DNA of 64,000 bases from an uncultured Phycisphaerales bacterium (GTDB lineage Bacteria; Planctomycetota; Phycisphaerae; Tepidisphaerales; Tepidisphaeraceae), in contig CAWJPJ010000003.1 in NCBI GenBank assembly GCA_963844715.1, positions 1-64,000 of the forward strand, in the 5' to 3' direction. The notes under the pieces are model-generated. The model did not search any database, was not told the origin of the DNA, and was given only the letters and a program-made list of their open reading frames with translations. Below, piece by piece: positions 1 through 12,109 of this stretch. Each line of letters starts with the position of its first letter. Positions within the stretch are counted from its first letter, which is position 1. A program made the translations under genes and the position numbers.

Positions 1-3000
1 CAGCCAAATGTCCGCAAAGTGATAGGCGTCGCTGGTCTCCTGCACGAGAAGGATGTCGCCGGCGATACCCCCAAAATTGGTCGTCGAACTCCCGTCGTAT
101 GGCGCTTCGAAGAGGCCTTCGGATGAAAGGGCGAAAAAATTCGCATTGGTTGGAATAATAGACGCTTCAGGCGACTGACCGAACTCAGGATCCCCAGCCC
201 CGGCCGCTAGCTGGAATGACTGTTCCGTTAAATGGGGTGCCGTATCGTCCGCGCCGGATTCGCTCGGCGAATCGGTAAGAGACAGATCATAGACGGAGTA
301 AGTAGAACTGCTCGGGTTCAAGCTGGTTTGCGGGAAAACCAGGATCGTTCCGGCATACGAGCCCCATCTTTGCGTATCGTCGGGAAGTACGACCACCGCC
401 GGTGAATCGTGGACTCCGCTGATCGATCCCGAGTTAGGCAGGAGATAATCCAACTGCGTATAATTGCCGTTGGGATCGACGAGAAAAATCTGATAGGCGG
501 TATTGGGCTTGGTGGTGTCATCGCTGGAGGTGGGTATGATCAAGTCCCCCCGAAGGCGCCGGAATTATCCAGAAAATCCGCTCCTTGAGCCACATAATCG
601 GTCGGCAATGTGATCCAGGCCGGAACCGGTTGACCTGGTGCGAGAGAATCGAGGGGCGTCAAATTATATCTGGGTGTAACATATCAGTCGGACCCGTCCA
701 AAGCGGATCAGGAGTAACCGCATCCTGTCCATGATTGGTCAGTCGGATGATTTGGCCGGTTAATCCATTGAGGTAGAAAACGTCGCCCGCGGGAAAACCC
801 GCTGGGTTTCCTGGTCGCGCTACCGCTAATTGATAGTGAGATGCGGTAGTGCCAGGAGGGATATCCGTAGGAAACGTGCCGAGATTCGCAAATAATGTGA
901 CCACGCCTTGTTGCGAGATTTCATAAATCTGTGTGCCCCCATCGCTCAACGTAAGCACTGAATTATCCGGGGCATACGCGACTACTGAGTTAGTAGGTCC
1001 GGTCCCGAAGCTTGGAAGGTCGACGGGCGTCAGCGCGACCGAACCCGTTATCGGCTGCCTTCCGCCCCGACGGGCGGATCAGTGCTGCTGACGGAATTAA
1101 ACGCCTGCCCGGAAATGGAGCCGGTCGCATAGCTCGAAATGTTAAAGCTGGCGGAAATCACGTTGGATGGACCGCTGTTGCCGCCCAAGCCTGTGGCGAC
1201 AACCTCGTAGTAATAGGGTATGCCGGAGGCTGCCGTCGTGTCGTTGTAAGAAACAGTGCTCGACGACAGCGTGCCCGTGATGGGGCTGAACGTGACATCA
1301 TCCATCGAACGCTCGACGATGAATCCGCTTTCATCGTCGTGCGTGCCGGACCAAGTCAGATCGATTTGCGGCAAAGTTGGATCCGCTGACGCTGTCGTCA
1401 ATATCGGCGCGAAGGGGACTTCGGGGAAATCTGCACTTCCAAATCCTGCGCCGTCGCATCCGGCGCGAGGTCGCTGTGATAGTTGAAGCTGATTGTCTGC
1501 CCCTGGCCGACCAGATCGATGAAGTAGGTATGATTCGTGCTATAGCCGTCCCAGCCCCAGTCGGCGTATTTCGTCTCGTTCGTCGACGCGTCGTCGATGC
1601 CGATTCCATACTGTTCATAATTCGGCCCCGCCCCGTTCGAGTCCGGGACATTATCCGGGTAAACATACTCAGCATCAGCGGGAATTCCCCCCGACAGCAG
1701 TGTCGTGCCCGACGCTTCCAACATATAGTGCACGCCCGTCTGAAGCACGATGTGGGAGGAAACCGAGCTTCCGTCGATGGGAACTTCGACGGTGTCGGCC
1801 GCTATGGTGGAATATGGTTCGTTCGCGGCGGTCGTCGCCGTGGCGACATTCGACCCGCTGCCAGGATCTCCACCGACTACCTGAATTTCGTAATTGTATT
1901 GCGTGTTGGAAGACGGTGGGACAAGAGACTCCGAGTTGTCCAGAAAACTTGCGATGGGATTACCGGAAGATGAACTGCTTACGTTTACGGTTCCGATCTC
2001 GTAAAAGACCGTGGGTGATGTCGGATCAGCTCGCAAAACCTCCATCGTCGCGCTGCCCGAGGTTGGTGGCACATAGGCCCACTGCAACTCCACCGCGTCA
2101 CTGCTGATCCCATTCGACGAAGGAACCGCGGTTGCCGTCAAGTCATATGCTTTAACCACCGGCAGCGCGGCATAGATCGTCACCTCCAGCGTATCCGTCG
2201 AGTTGTCATTGTCGTGATAGTAGTCATCATGGAAATCAAGTGACAGAGTTTCCGCCTGCGTCACATCGATATCGATGGTATATTGATGACTCGAACTATA
2301 CGGTCCCCAATATGGGGATTTGTTCGCGTCCACGGTGCTGTCATTGACGCCGATTCCGTAGTTGGCGTAACCCAAGCCGTATACTGTCCACCCTTGCCCT
2401 TGCCCGACAAAATATGAACTGTTTGCCGCTGGATCGGCGGCGCCTGTGGGCGCGAAAGAGTACTCGGCATCGGCGTATAGTGAATTCCCCGAATCCTCAA
2501 TGTTGGCTGTTCCAGTAGCGACCAGTTCGTAGTGGCCCGGATTCAATGTCACCGACGAAACGGATGGTGACTGCTGCCCTGATTCCGCATAGATAGGGAT
2601 CGAGATGGGGCTTTCAACCGGGGTTGTTTCATAGCCAGATTGTTGCGCAGTGGTTGCCTGAACCGTCAGAGTCGTCGGCGCATCACCGGTCAATGTCGCC
2701 GTCACCTCGTAGTTATACGAGGCCCCCGGGTCCAGGCTGCTTGTGTCTTCGTATACCGTTGCGTGTGTTACGGGTGACGTCACAACCGATGTACCTGACC
2801 CGATTTCCGCGTAACTTCCGCCCGGGGCCTCGCGATAGACGGTGTAAGAATACGCCTCGTTGAATATCAAATTCGTCCAGCGAAGATAGATCTGCCCTGT
2901 GGTCGTCGCAGTGGCAGTGATGTCTGAAATGATCGGGACGGCGCCGCTTGTGTTAGTCAACGAGAAATCCGTCGGCGTGCTGGCGCTTCCCGCTGCGGGT

Positions 3001-6000
3001 GCGTTCGGGTCGGCCGACGCTTCGACTTGATAATCCCCGCCGATGGCATTCGCGGTCGCCGACACCATCGCATCACCGCTGGAATCCAAAACAACCGCTT
3101 CGGTAGTCGAGTGATCCGTGCCTAATGTTGCCGACGCTCCGCTTGAGGGGGCCGTAAAGGTCACCATCCCGCCTGCCAGATCGGATGCCGTAAGCCCCGT
3201 ATCATTGGATGTGACATTTACTTTTAGGTCGTTCGAGAACGGGCTGTTTACGACCGTGCTCTGATTGTTCCCGCTTACCACGTTAACAATGAAACCTTTA
3301 CTCTCGAACGCGCCGATATCCGGCGCGGAGGCCTCCGGTCGGGTTGTGCCGCGCTGATCGACGGTTATCGGATTGTCATCCGGCCCGTCAAAAGTGCTTC
3401 CGGCATCCAACACCGGACTTCCGGGAAGCAGAGCCATCGTCTTGGTGGGCCCACCGTAGTTGCCCAAGGGAGCGAGGAGCGGATTGATTGGAGGCGAGCC
3501 TGTTGACGGAAGGATGTTGTGGCTCGACGGGCTCGTGGATAATCCTCCGGAACCGTCGCCGATGAGATTGTACGTGCCGGTGAAGGTGCCGGATAAATCG
3601 CCTCCGGTGTTGCCGGCGACGATGGTGCCGTATAGTTGCAAACTGTCCGAATTACCATAAATTCCACCGCCGGCGGACAACGGTGCGGAGTTGCCGCTGA
3701 TTGTGCAATCGGTAACATTCCCGTCGATGTCGTTGAGATAGAGACCGCCGCCTTGTAGGGTTGCCGTGTTGTTGGCAATTGTTGAATTAGTGGCATTTAC
3801 CTCCCCATCATAGCTTTGGATCCCGCCGCCCACTTGGGAAGAATTGCCACTGATTGTGGAGCTGCTGATTGAGATAGTCGTGTGACTACCGCCAACGGCG
3901 CCGCCAGAAGTTGAGGACGTATTGTCGGCAATTGTTGACTCCGTGACGTAGGCGATGCCATACTGTGCAAAAATTCCTCCACCAATCCCGCTGGAATTCT
4001 GGGTAATTGTGCAGTCCGCGATGGTCGACACCGCGTAATTCAAATTGATCCCGCCGCCGAAGCCGCCGAAGCCGCCGATTGCGGAGTTACCGCTTATGGT
4101 TGAATTGGTGATGGTTGTGGTGACGGTGTAGATGTAGTGGCTGCACTGTGCCGATACGCCGCCCCCGTATGATGCGACATTTCCGGTAATCGTAGAGTTC
4201 GCAACATTCAGAATAGTTGCGTAGGTGTAAATCCCGCCCCCGTGTCCCGAAGGTGCGGAATTCCCGCTAATTGTGCACTCACTGATCGTAAGAGAAGCGT
4301 TGGCGGCGTAGATGCCGCCGCCGTCTCCGCTTTCTTTGTAACCACCGGTGATGGTCAGTCCGGAGATCGTGACGGTGGAGTTTGCCGCGACGTCCAAATC
4401 CCCGCTGTTGTGCTCGCCGTTGATCGTTAGCAAGGTCTGTCCCGGACCATTAATCGTCAGAATTCCAGTTGTGTCGTCCAATTCAAGCGCGGATCCGTTC
4501 AGGTCGATCGACGCCGGGCCGCCGGCGGTGAGAGACGCCGAGAAGGCAATCGTTTGGTCTCCTCCGAGCGCGTTGGCGAGATTGATCGCATCGCGCAAAG
4601 AAATTTGGTCCAATCCGACCGGTAGCGCATCTCCCAGCGTGTTGACTACGATAGGACTCGGCTGCGATTGAAACGCGCCGATGTCATATCCTGTCGTTGC
4701 GTCCCGCGCAAATCCGCGTTGGTCCGTTGATAGGCCGGCGCTGGGGTCGCCGTTGCCGATCGCCGGATTACCGCCGGTCATGGGTAATGGCACGATGGTT
4801 TCGGTTGGACCTCCGTAATACCCCAAAGCCGATAGGCTCGGTTCGCCAGTCAGGTTGTGCGAACCGGAAATTGCGCCGCTGCCATCGCCGATGAGGCTGT
4901 ACAACCCGCTGAAATTCCCGCCCTCCAGATCATCGGACGTATTCTCGGCGACGATCGTTCCGTAGAGAGCGGTGGACCCGTAGTGGTCTTCGATGCCGCC
5001 CCCATGAACGGCGGAGTTCCCGCTGACCGTGCAATCGACAAGGTTAAGGTTGCAGTAATTATAGATTCCGCCCCCGCGACCACTGGCGGTATTGCCGCTG
5101 AGCGTACTGTTGGTGATGACGTTGCTCCCCCCACCGCTAAAGGCCGCGCCGCCGCCCTTCTGGGCATCATTGGCGGCCAAGGTTGAAGCCGTCACGGTAA
5201 GCGTCCCCCCATAACCCGCTATCCCACCGCCGAAGCCGCCCTGATTGCCGCTGATCGTGCATTCGCCGACGGTCACATTCCCGTACCAGTTCGCTATTCC
5301 GCCTCCGTCGCCGTCACCCACGACGCAAACGTTGCTGGTGATTGTCGAGTACGTGATATTGGCGGAACCGTTGTAAACATCGATGCCACCCCCTTTGTCA
5401 CCGCCACCGGTGCAGCGGTTACCCGTGATCGTGCTGTTGGCGACGACCAGATCCGGCGAGGAGTCTTCGCCGCCGCTTATGATTCCGCCGCCGCCGCCGG
5501 TCCCCGAACTGCTGTTGCCACTGATGGTACACTCATCGATGTTCAAATCAGCCGTACTGTCATACACGCCATTTGCCAAACCGCCCCCGTTACCGTGCGC
5601 GATGTTGTTGCTGATAGTTGAGTTCTGAACTGTAAAACTGCCCTCGTTGTAGATGGCTCCGCCGGTTTGCGCGCTATTCCCGCTCAGGACCGTGTTGGTG
5701 ACGTGTAGGGCTACTACACTGTCATTGTTATAAATTCCGCCGCCGCGTCCTTGGCTTGAGTTGCCGCTTATGGTGCACCCCGAGATGGTATCGGCGTACG
5801 ACCCTTGGTTTGCAATCCCGCCTCCATCGAATGTGGCCGAATTGTCGTGGAAATAGCAGGTGGTTGCCGCCAGAATTCCCTCATTTTCGATGCCGCCGCC
5901 GCTGCTTTCGGTGGCGGAATTGCCGGTGATTGTGGACGCCGTAATGGTCAACTCACCGCCGTGGTTACGGATGCCTCCCCCGGAGCCATTGGTGGTGGAA

Positions 6001-6794
6001 TTTCCACTGATGATGCTGTCAGAGGAGATATTCGCGGTGCCAGTACCATAAATGTATACCCCACCCCCACCGCTGGAGGCAGAATTGTCGCTGATGGTTG
6101 AATTGGTGACGCTCAAGACTGCGCCGGTGTATATTCCTCCTCCGGCTCCGCCACTATTTCCAGATATAGTCGAACTGGCAATTGTCACGTTCCCGGAACC
6201 TTTGTTGCATATAGCGCCTCCATAGTCCGTGGCATCGTTTTCGCTTATGAACGTGTAGTGCGTGAGCGCGAGGGTCCCGTAGTTAAATATACCGCCGCCG
6301 TCGTCACTGGCACTGTTGCCGGTAATTACGCAATCCGTGATCGTCAGATGACCCTTATTAAAAATTCCCGCCCCTTCGGTTGTCGCCCCTCCTGTAATCC
6401 CAAGGTACTCAATCGTGGCGGTAGCCGACGACGTGACGGAGAAGACACTGCTGTGCCCGTCGGCAGAAACTGAGAGAATTGTGTCACCGGGTCCCTGAAT
6501 CGTCACCGAGCCGGAGGTGTTGTTAATAGACAGCGCGCCGTATGTCTCCAGGTCGATGGTGCCGGTCACGCTGCTTTGAAAAGTCACCATCTCGGCGGCA
6601 TGATTCGCATTAGCCGCGCCGACAGCCAAACCAAGCTCATATCTTAAGGAGCCCGCGCTGTCGTCCCCATTCGCATTGGTGACCACGAAGGAGAGGAGAA
6701 TCCTCGATTCCAGCGCCTCAACAACGGCTTTGGAAATATGATGCTGAAAACGACGACCGCGTTTGCCTAGACCCAGACCGCGAACAATGGACAT
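1..6794 (-). CDS. Giant secreted surface protein: LEPR-XLL-type N-terminus, parallel beta-helix (GG(A/G)I repeats), two choice-of-anchor-Q-like segments, FN3 domains; frameshifted, runs off the window start
   Basis: ORF 1398-6794 begins ...VVEALESRILLSFVVT, has many GGGI/GGAI-N repeats and LAPLGNYGGPTKTMALLPGSP...DQRG...DIGAFE. Coding continues in other frames (1048-1401 FN3-like IDLTW...YYYEVVA; 659-958; <660). Confidence 0.85.
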
Positions 6795-7108
6795 GACCCC
6801 TCCTTCCAGGAGGAATTAAGCCTAAGTATTCGAGGGTAGCAGCAACCAATACGCCAGACGTGTTAACAACCCCGTCCCTGCAGCCCCAAAAATGCCCAAC
6901 CGTGGACTGATACTATCGCTTGCGCGAATTAATTTACAGACGTTGGGCAAACAAGTAAAGCGTTTTGTGATTAGATAACAGCTTACGCGCAACTCATTGT
7001 CACGTGCCGGCCGAATTTATCGCGCGGATGTGCGAGGCGATGACGGAACTTGCTTCAATGCGTCATCGGGAAGTTCGCAAGTGTCGACAATTTGCCTGAG
7101 ATTTTGGT

Positions 7109-9399
7109 TCAAATCTTCCGGTCAGCCGAAACCGCTTCGCACCATTTCCGCCACATGCCTCGGTATGCCATATCCAGTTCGCGGGCAAACCCGGCTTCAT
7201 CCATCAATGGCGAAGACAACATGCGATCTCGCATTCCCCGACGGAGAGTCTCCAGACGGTCCAAATTGTTGGCCAATTCCAGGGCGATGCGAACGTATTG
7301 ATCCTGGGTATGCGCGACCAGCTCCGGTAGGCCGACGTTGCTGAGGATGCTTCGTCCGCCGCGACCAACCGCGGTAATCCCTGAGAGAGTGACCACGGGC
7401 ACGCCCATGAAGAGCGCATCACAGGTGGTGGTCCCGCCCCCAAACGGGAACGGATCGAGGGCGATGTCGATCTCGCAATATCGCTGAAAATATTCGGTGC
7501 CCCGCGATTCTGAGAAGATTAGACGGTCGGGATCGATCCCGCGGTCCACGAGCGTTTTATGTGCAAGGTTGCGATGGCTGCCGCGCGGGCAGTAGATGAG
7601 CAGCCTCGATTTTGGCTGAGCCTGCAGAATTGTTGTCCAGACGTTCCATGCGGCCGAGGATATTTTGCAGTAGTTGTTCTGGCAGCCAAACGTGACCCAG
7701 CCGTTCCCTTTCGCTGGCGACGAGCGTACCTCGGGAATGGGAGTCGAGCCGGGTTGATAGCACCAATATGTTCGCGGCAGACGTACCGTAATTTCGCTAT
7801 AAGAATCAACTTCTGTCGAGGCGGGGTCCAGAAAGGGGTCGGAAAGACGATAGTCCATCGCATTCAGTCCGGTACTTCCGCAATAACCCAGGTAACTTAC
7901 CTGCACCGGAGCCGGTTTGCGGGCGAAAACCAGCAGCCGGTTGCCGTCCGTATGAAGTGCCAGGTCCACGAGTATGTCGATTTGGTCGCGCCGGATTTGC
8001 TCGGCCACGTCCTCGTCGGAAACGCCGGCAATGTCACGCCAATCGTCGGCACTTTGCTGAAATTGCCGGGTCATTTCATCCGGCGTTGGCACATTGGCGT
8101 AGCAAATGATCTCGAACTCCGCGCGATCGTGATGTTGGATTACGGGCAGTAGATTTTGGCCGACCACATGATTTCGGAAATCCGGTGAGAGGTACCCGAT
8201 CCGCAGGGGACGGTTCGGGTCGCGATCGTTCGAATGCGGGTGGATATGCTCGCGCAGCGGCTCAGCGTGCTGGCGGTTCCAACGGCGAAGTTCTTCACTG
8301 ATCGCTCGGTCATCGCAGTTCGGATGGTAATGCAAGGCCAGTACCAGATTGCTGTGCACATTCGGAAGGTTGGGTCCGACCGCGACGGCTTGGCGATACG
8401 CAGCGATGGCCTCATCGAGGCGTCCCATCTCTTTCAAAGCCTCGCCGAGATTGTTGTGAGCCTCCGGCAAGTTCGGGTTCAATGAAATTGCTTGACGATA
8501 GACGGCGACCGCTTCATCAAGTTGTGAGCTATCCTTCAAGGCAATACCGAGATTGTAGTGGGCTTCGGCGCAATCGGGTTTGAGAGCAATGGCCTGGCGA
8601 TACGCGGAAATCGCCTCATTGAGATGTCCTTTGGCTTTAAGGGCGTTGCCCAGGTTGCTGTGGGCTTCACCGTAGCTGGATCTGAGACGAATAGCTTGCC
8701 GACTGGCGGCAATAGACTCATCCGGTCGTCCCTTGGCGATAAGGGCGCTGGCCAGATTGTTGTAAGCTTCCGGCAAATCGGGGTTAAGCGAAATGGCTTT
8801 ATGATGGGAGGCGATGGCCTCATCGATCCGGCCCTGTTCTTTTAGTGCGTTACCGAGATTGCTGTGCGCTTCTGGGAAGTCGACTTTGAGTGCGATGGCT
8901 TGGCGAAACGCGGCGACAGCCTTCTCGATTTGCCCATCATCTTGCAGAACGCTGCCGAGATTGTTGTAGGCCTCCGCGTAGTTTGGTTCAAGGGAAATAG
9001 CCTGTTCGTGAGCGGCGATGGACTCTTTCACCCGTCCTTTGGCTTTCAGGGCGTTGCCAAGATTAGTGTGTGCTTCAGGAAAGTTGAATCTAAGCATAAT
9101 CGCTTGGCGAAAGACCGCGATGGCTTCGTCGATTCGCCCCAAGTCGTTCAGGACACTGCCAAGATTGCCGTGGGCCTCGACGTAATCCGGTTTGAGTGAA
9201 ATGGCGCGACGAATCAAGTCAACCGCAATGTCTCGTTGACCGACCTGATTAGCGATTAATCCAAGATAATGAATCGCGCGAAAGTGATTGGGTTCTTGCA
9301 AGGATCTCGCGGTAAAGTCCTTCGGCCTCACTAAAGCAGCCCGGCTCGGTGATGTTGCAGCGCCAATTCGAACTTGTGTTGAATCGTCACGGGGACCAT
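7109..9399 (-). CDS. TPR-containing SPINDLY/OGT-like glycosyltransferase (GT41)
   Basis: About 9 TPRs (AEAHxNLG..L), then RPLRIGYLSPDFRNH, DLALHT, KPAPVQVSYLGY, DPFPFGGGTTTCDAL. True start is probably the ATG at 9399 (MVPVTIQHKFELALQHHRAG), with frameshifts near 9300-9335. Confidence 0.9.
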
Positions 9400-9686
9400 C
9401 GGAGTAATAATCTTACACCGAGTTGGAGGTTGTGCGCGAACGGGGAGCGAGGGTCTTTCTCGAGTCGGCTCCTGGCCACGTTTCGACCCGCCTTATGGCG
9501 GAACTGTTTCCTGGCCAGAGAGCGGTATCGATTGCGGAAAAGGGCCTCCGCCGCGCGACAGTTAGCGCAACACGCGAATAGCGGCTTTTAATGAGACATA
9601 GAAGTCCATTAAAGGCGGTTCCCCAGAGGTGGCTGCCCATGGACACGTTGATTTCGCTTCAATTCGTTCCTCAGATTCTACTTCAA

Positions 9687-9760
9687 TGGGCCCGACAAGA
9701 TTCGAACTTGTGACCTCGTCCTTATCAGGGACGCGCTCTAACCAACTGAGCTACGAGCCC
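9687..9760 (-). tRNA. tRNA-Ile(GAT)
   Basis: Reverse complement GGGCTCGTAGCTCAGTTGGTTAGAGCGCGTCCCTGATAAGGACGAGGTCACAAGTTCGAATCTTGTCGGGCCCA folds as a cloverleaf with anticodon GAT. Confidence 0.97.
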
Positions 9761-9815
9761 GCTCTGTTTGGGCTGGAAATTCTAAGGCGGTGCCGCCGGG
9801 TGTCAATTGCGGGGT

Positions 9816-9945
9816 AGTTGCCAGTTGTTAGTTGACCGCCGCGGCGGCCCTGCGGCCAGTTGCCAGTGAAATCGGCTGAGTCGGCATTTTCACTCGCAAC
9901 CAGCCGGAGGACCGCCGTGGCGGTTAACTGGCAACTGGCAACTAT
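9816..9945. repeat. Heptamer (AACTGGC/GCCAGTT) short tandem repeats in inverted arrangement
   Basis: agttgccagttgttagttg, ccagttgccagtg, then aactggcaactggcaact. Confidence 0.7.
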
Positions 9946-9963
9946 CCCAATTACCATGCTCTC

Positions 9964-10416
9964 ATGCCGAGGCTTTCCGCCGCGCTCATGGTTCTGGCAC
10001 TCGCTCTAGCCGCCGGCTGCTCGACTCGGGTCACGTTCGACGTCGCGGTGACCAATCGCCTCACCGAGCCGGTCACCGTCTGGATCACCAAACTCCACGG
10101 CCCCTACGAAGACGGCTGGGAACCCCCCGAACAGGTCGCCCTTGAATCACAGGATCAGGAACACCTCGGCGGCGTTATCATCCCGCCCGGCGAAAGCCGC
10201 GGAACCACTATCACCGGCAACTTCGAGGAAGGCAATTTCGCCGTCCTGCGCGTCTACCGAGCCGTCCACTTCGCCGCGATCCTCGCCACCGACAAGGGCA
10301 GCCCCGACCGTCTCGATTACGCCCTCCCCGCCGGTAAAAGTGATCTGGATATTGTCCTGGAACAAGGCCAATTAGCCGTGGAGCCCCACGCGTCGACCAA
10401 GCCATCAGGCAATTAA
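9964..10416 (+). CDS. Hypothetical lipoprotein
   Basis: Hydrophobic signal peptide with lipobox LAAGC; 150 aa. Confidence 0.75.
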   Translation: MPRLSAALMVLALALAAGCSTRVTFDVAVTNRLTEPVTVWITKLHGPYEDGWEPPEQVALESQDQEHLGGVIIPPGESRGTTITGNFEEGNFAVLRVYRAVHFAAILATDKGSPDRLDYALPAGKSDLDIVLEQGQLAVEPHASTKPSGN

Positions 10417-10453
10417 CTGGCAACTCGCAACTGGCAACTCGCAACTGGCAACT
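10415..10453 (+). repeat. Heptamer tandem repeat AACT(G/C)GC, about 5 copies
   Basis: aactggcaactcgcaactggcaactcgcaactggcaact. Confidence 0.85.
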
Positions 10454-10457
10454 TCTT

Positions 10458-10964
10458 ATGTCTTACCCCAAGCACTGCAACGAGGCCAAGGACATAAAAG
10501 CCCGCTGTGCCGTACTCACTCTGAGTGACACGCGGACTCGCGAAACCGACGCCAGCGGCAAAAAGATCGAGCAGTTGCTTCTCGAAGGCGGTCACTTCAT
10601 CCCCGAGCGCCGCCTGATTCCCGACGACCCCGACAAGCTCACAACCGTCCTGACCGAACTCCTCGGCCTCTGCGAAATCGACGTCGTCATCACCACCGGC
10701 GGCACCGGCATCAGCCCGCGCGACACCACCATCGACATCGTCAAGCCGCTTCTCGAAATCGATCTCCCCGGCTTCGGCGAACTCTTCCGAATGCTTAGTT
10801 ACGAACAGATCAAAAGCGGCGCTCTCCTAAGCCGGGCCGTCGGCGGCATCGCCAAGGGGAAGCTCCTTTTTGCTCTTCCCGGCAGCACCGCCGCCGTGGA
10901 ATTGGCCGTTTCAAAGCTGATTTTGCCGGAAATCGGGCATCTCTTGTTTCAACTTCGCAAGTGA
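10458..10964 (+). CDS. moaB: Molybdenum cofactor biosynthesis protein, MoaB/MogA family
   Basis: AVLTLSD, DVVITTGGTGISPRD, LPGFGELFR, SRA, FALPGS motifs. Confidence 0.92.
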   Translation: MSYPKHCNEAKDIKARCAVLTLSDTRTRETDASGKKIEQLLLEGGHFIPERRLIPDDPDKLTTVLTELLGLCEIDVVITTGGTGISPRDTTIDIVKPLLEIDLPGFGELFRMLSYEQIKSGALLSRAVGGIAKGKLLFALPGSTAAVELAVSKLILPEIGHLLFQLRK

Positions 10965-12079
10965 CTTTTGCAGGAGCCGTCATGAAAGTGGGGCGATGGA
11001 TCACATCATTTTTAACCGTGTGCATTTTTGCCGCGGCCGGTTTCGCTTTGTATGAACTGGGCAACCGCGGCAGCGTTCTAGGCACGCCGGCGCCTTCCGT
11101 CGAAGGCTGGCAGAATGTCGAGATCAAAGTCCCCGTCCAGGTCGGCGCAATCGTGCAAACCACGTTGCGCGACACCGTGACGGCTTATGGATACGTCGAG
11201 CCTGCCCCCGCCTCGACCACCCGTCCCGCGGCCGAGGCTCATCTCTCGGTCCCCGAAGCAGCCGTCGTGTCAGAAGTCGATTGCGTCGAGGGTCAGCACG
11301 TCGATAAGGGTCAGACCCTCTTCGTGCTGGACACACGTTCCGCCGACGCCGCCGTGAACAATGCCCAACAACTGGTTACGGATACAACATCTATTAATGA
11401 CCGCCTCGGCAGCGCGTCCCGCGCCGACGCGCCGGTCTGGACGCAGCTTTTCGCCCAGTGGCAATTGAACCTGGCGCGCCTAGAACTCTCGCAAGCATTA
11501 TCCCGCCGGGCAATGCTCACGTTCGTCGCGCCCATATCGGGAACTATTTCGGGCCTCCACGTTCATCCCGGCGAAGTCGCCAGCCCATCCACGCCGGCTG
11601 TTGACTTGATCGACACCGACCACCTCGTTCTGGCGATGAACGTCCCCGCGTTTCTCGCCCCACAGGTTCACTTGGGCCAAGGCGTGATTCTCCCGTCCGT
11701 CCCTCACTCGACTGATGAACAAGTGACTTTCATCGATCCCACGATCGACGCCTCGACAGGCATGGCTTCGGTCGATGCCGCTCTTTCCGCGCCCGGTCTA
11801 ATTCCCGGCCAATTTATCGGCGCAAATATCGTCCTCCAGGAGCGCAATTGCCTCGCGGTCCCTGCCGAGAGCATCGTTCGCGATTCCCTCGGCCGCGCTC
11901 AGATCGCCCTGGTCGATTCCGACCAGCGCGCCGTCGAGATGCGGATCGTGCAGACGGGCATTCGCGATGGCGATTGGGTCGAAGTTCAATCCCCCGGATT
12001 ACAGGCGGGGGACAAAATCGTCACCGCCGGCGCGTATGGCCTGATCACCCGCGCCGGCATCGCCGTCCAAAGCCAGTAA
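10961..12079 (+). CDS. RND efflux periplasmic adaptor (membrane fusion protein)
   Basis: N-terminal TM helix, lipoyl-like halves (EGQHVDKGQTLF; APISGTIS), LAVPAESIV, GLQAGDKIVTAG. Confidence 0.88.
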   Translation: MTFAGAVMKVGRWITSFLTVCIFAAAGFALYELGNRGSVLGTPAPSVEGWQNVEIKVPVQVGAIVQTTLRDTVTAYGYVEPAPASTTRPAAEAHLSVPEAAVVSEVDCVEGQHVDKGQTLFVLDTRSADAAVNNAQQLVTDTTSINDRLGSASRADAPVWTQLFAQWQLNLARLELSQALSRRAMLTFVAPISGTISGLHVHPGEVASPSTPAVDLIDTDHLVLAMNVPAFLAPQVHLGQGVILPSVPHSTDEQVTFIDPTIDASTGMASVDAALSAPGLIPGQFIGANIVLQERNCLAVPAESIVRDSLGRAQIALVDSDQRAVEMRIVQTGIRDGDWVEVQSPGLQAGDKIVTAGAYGLITRAGIAVQSQ

Positions 12080-12109
12080 CCCCTCCCACATTTACTGGAG
12101 CGGACGGAC

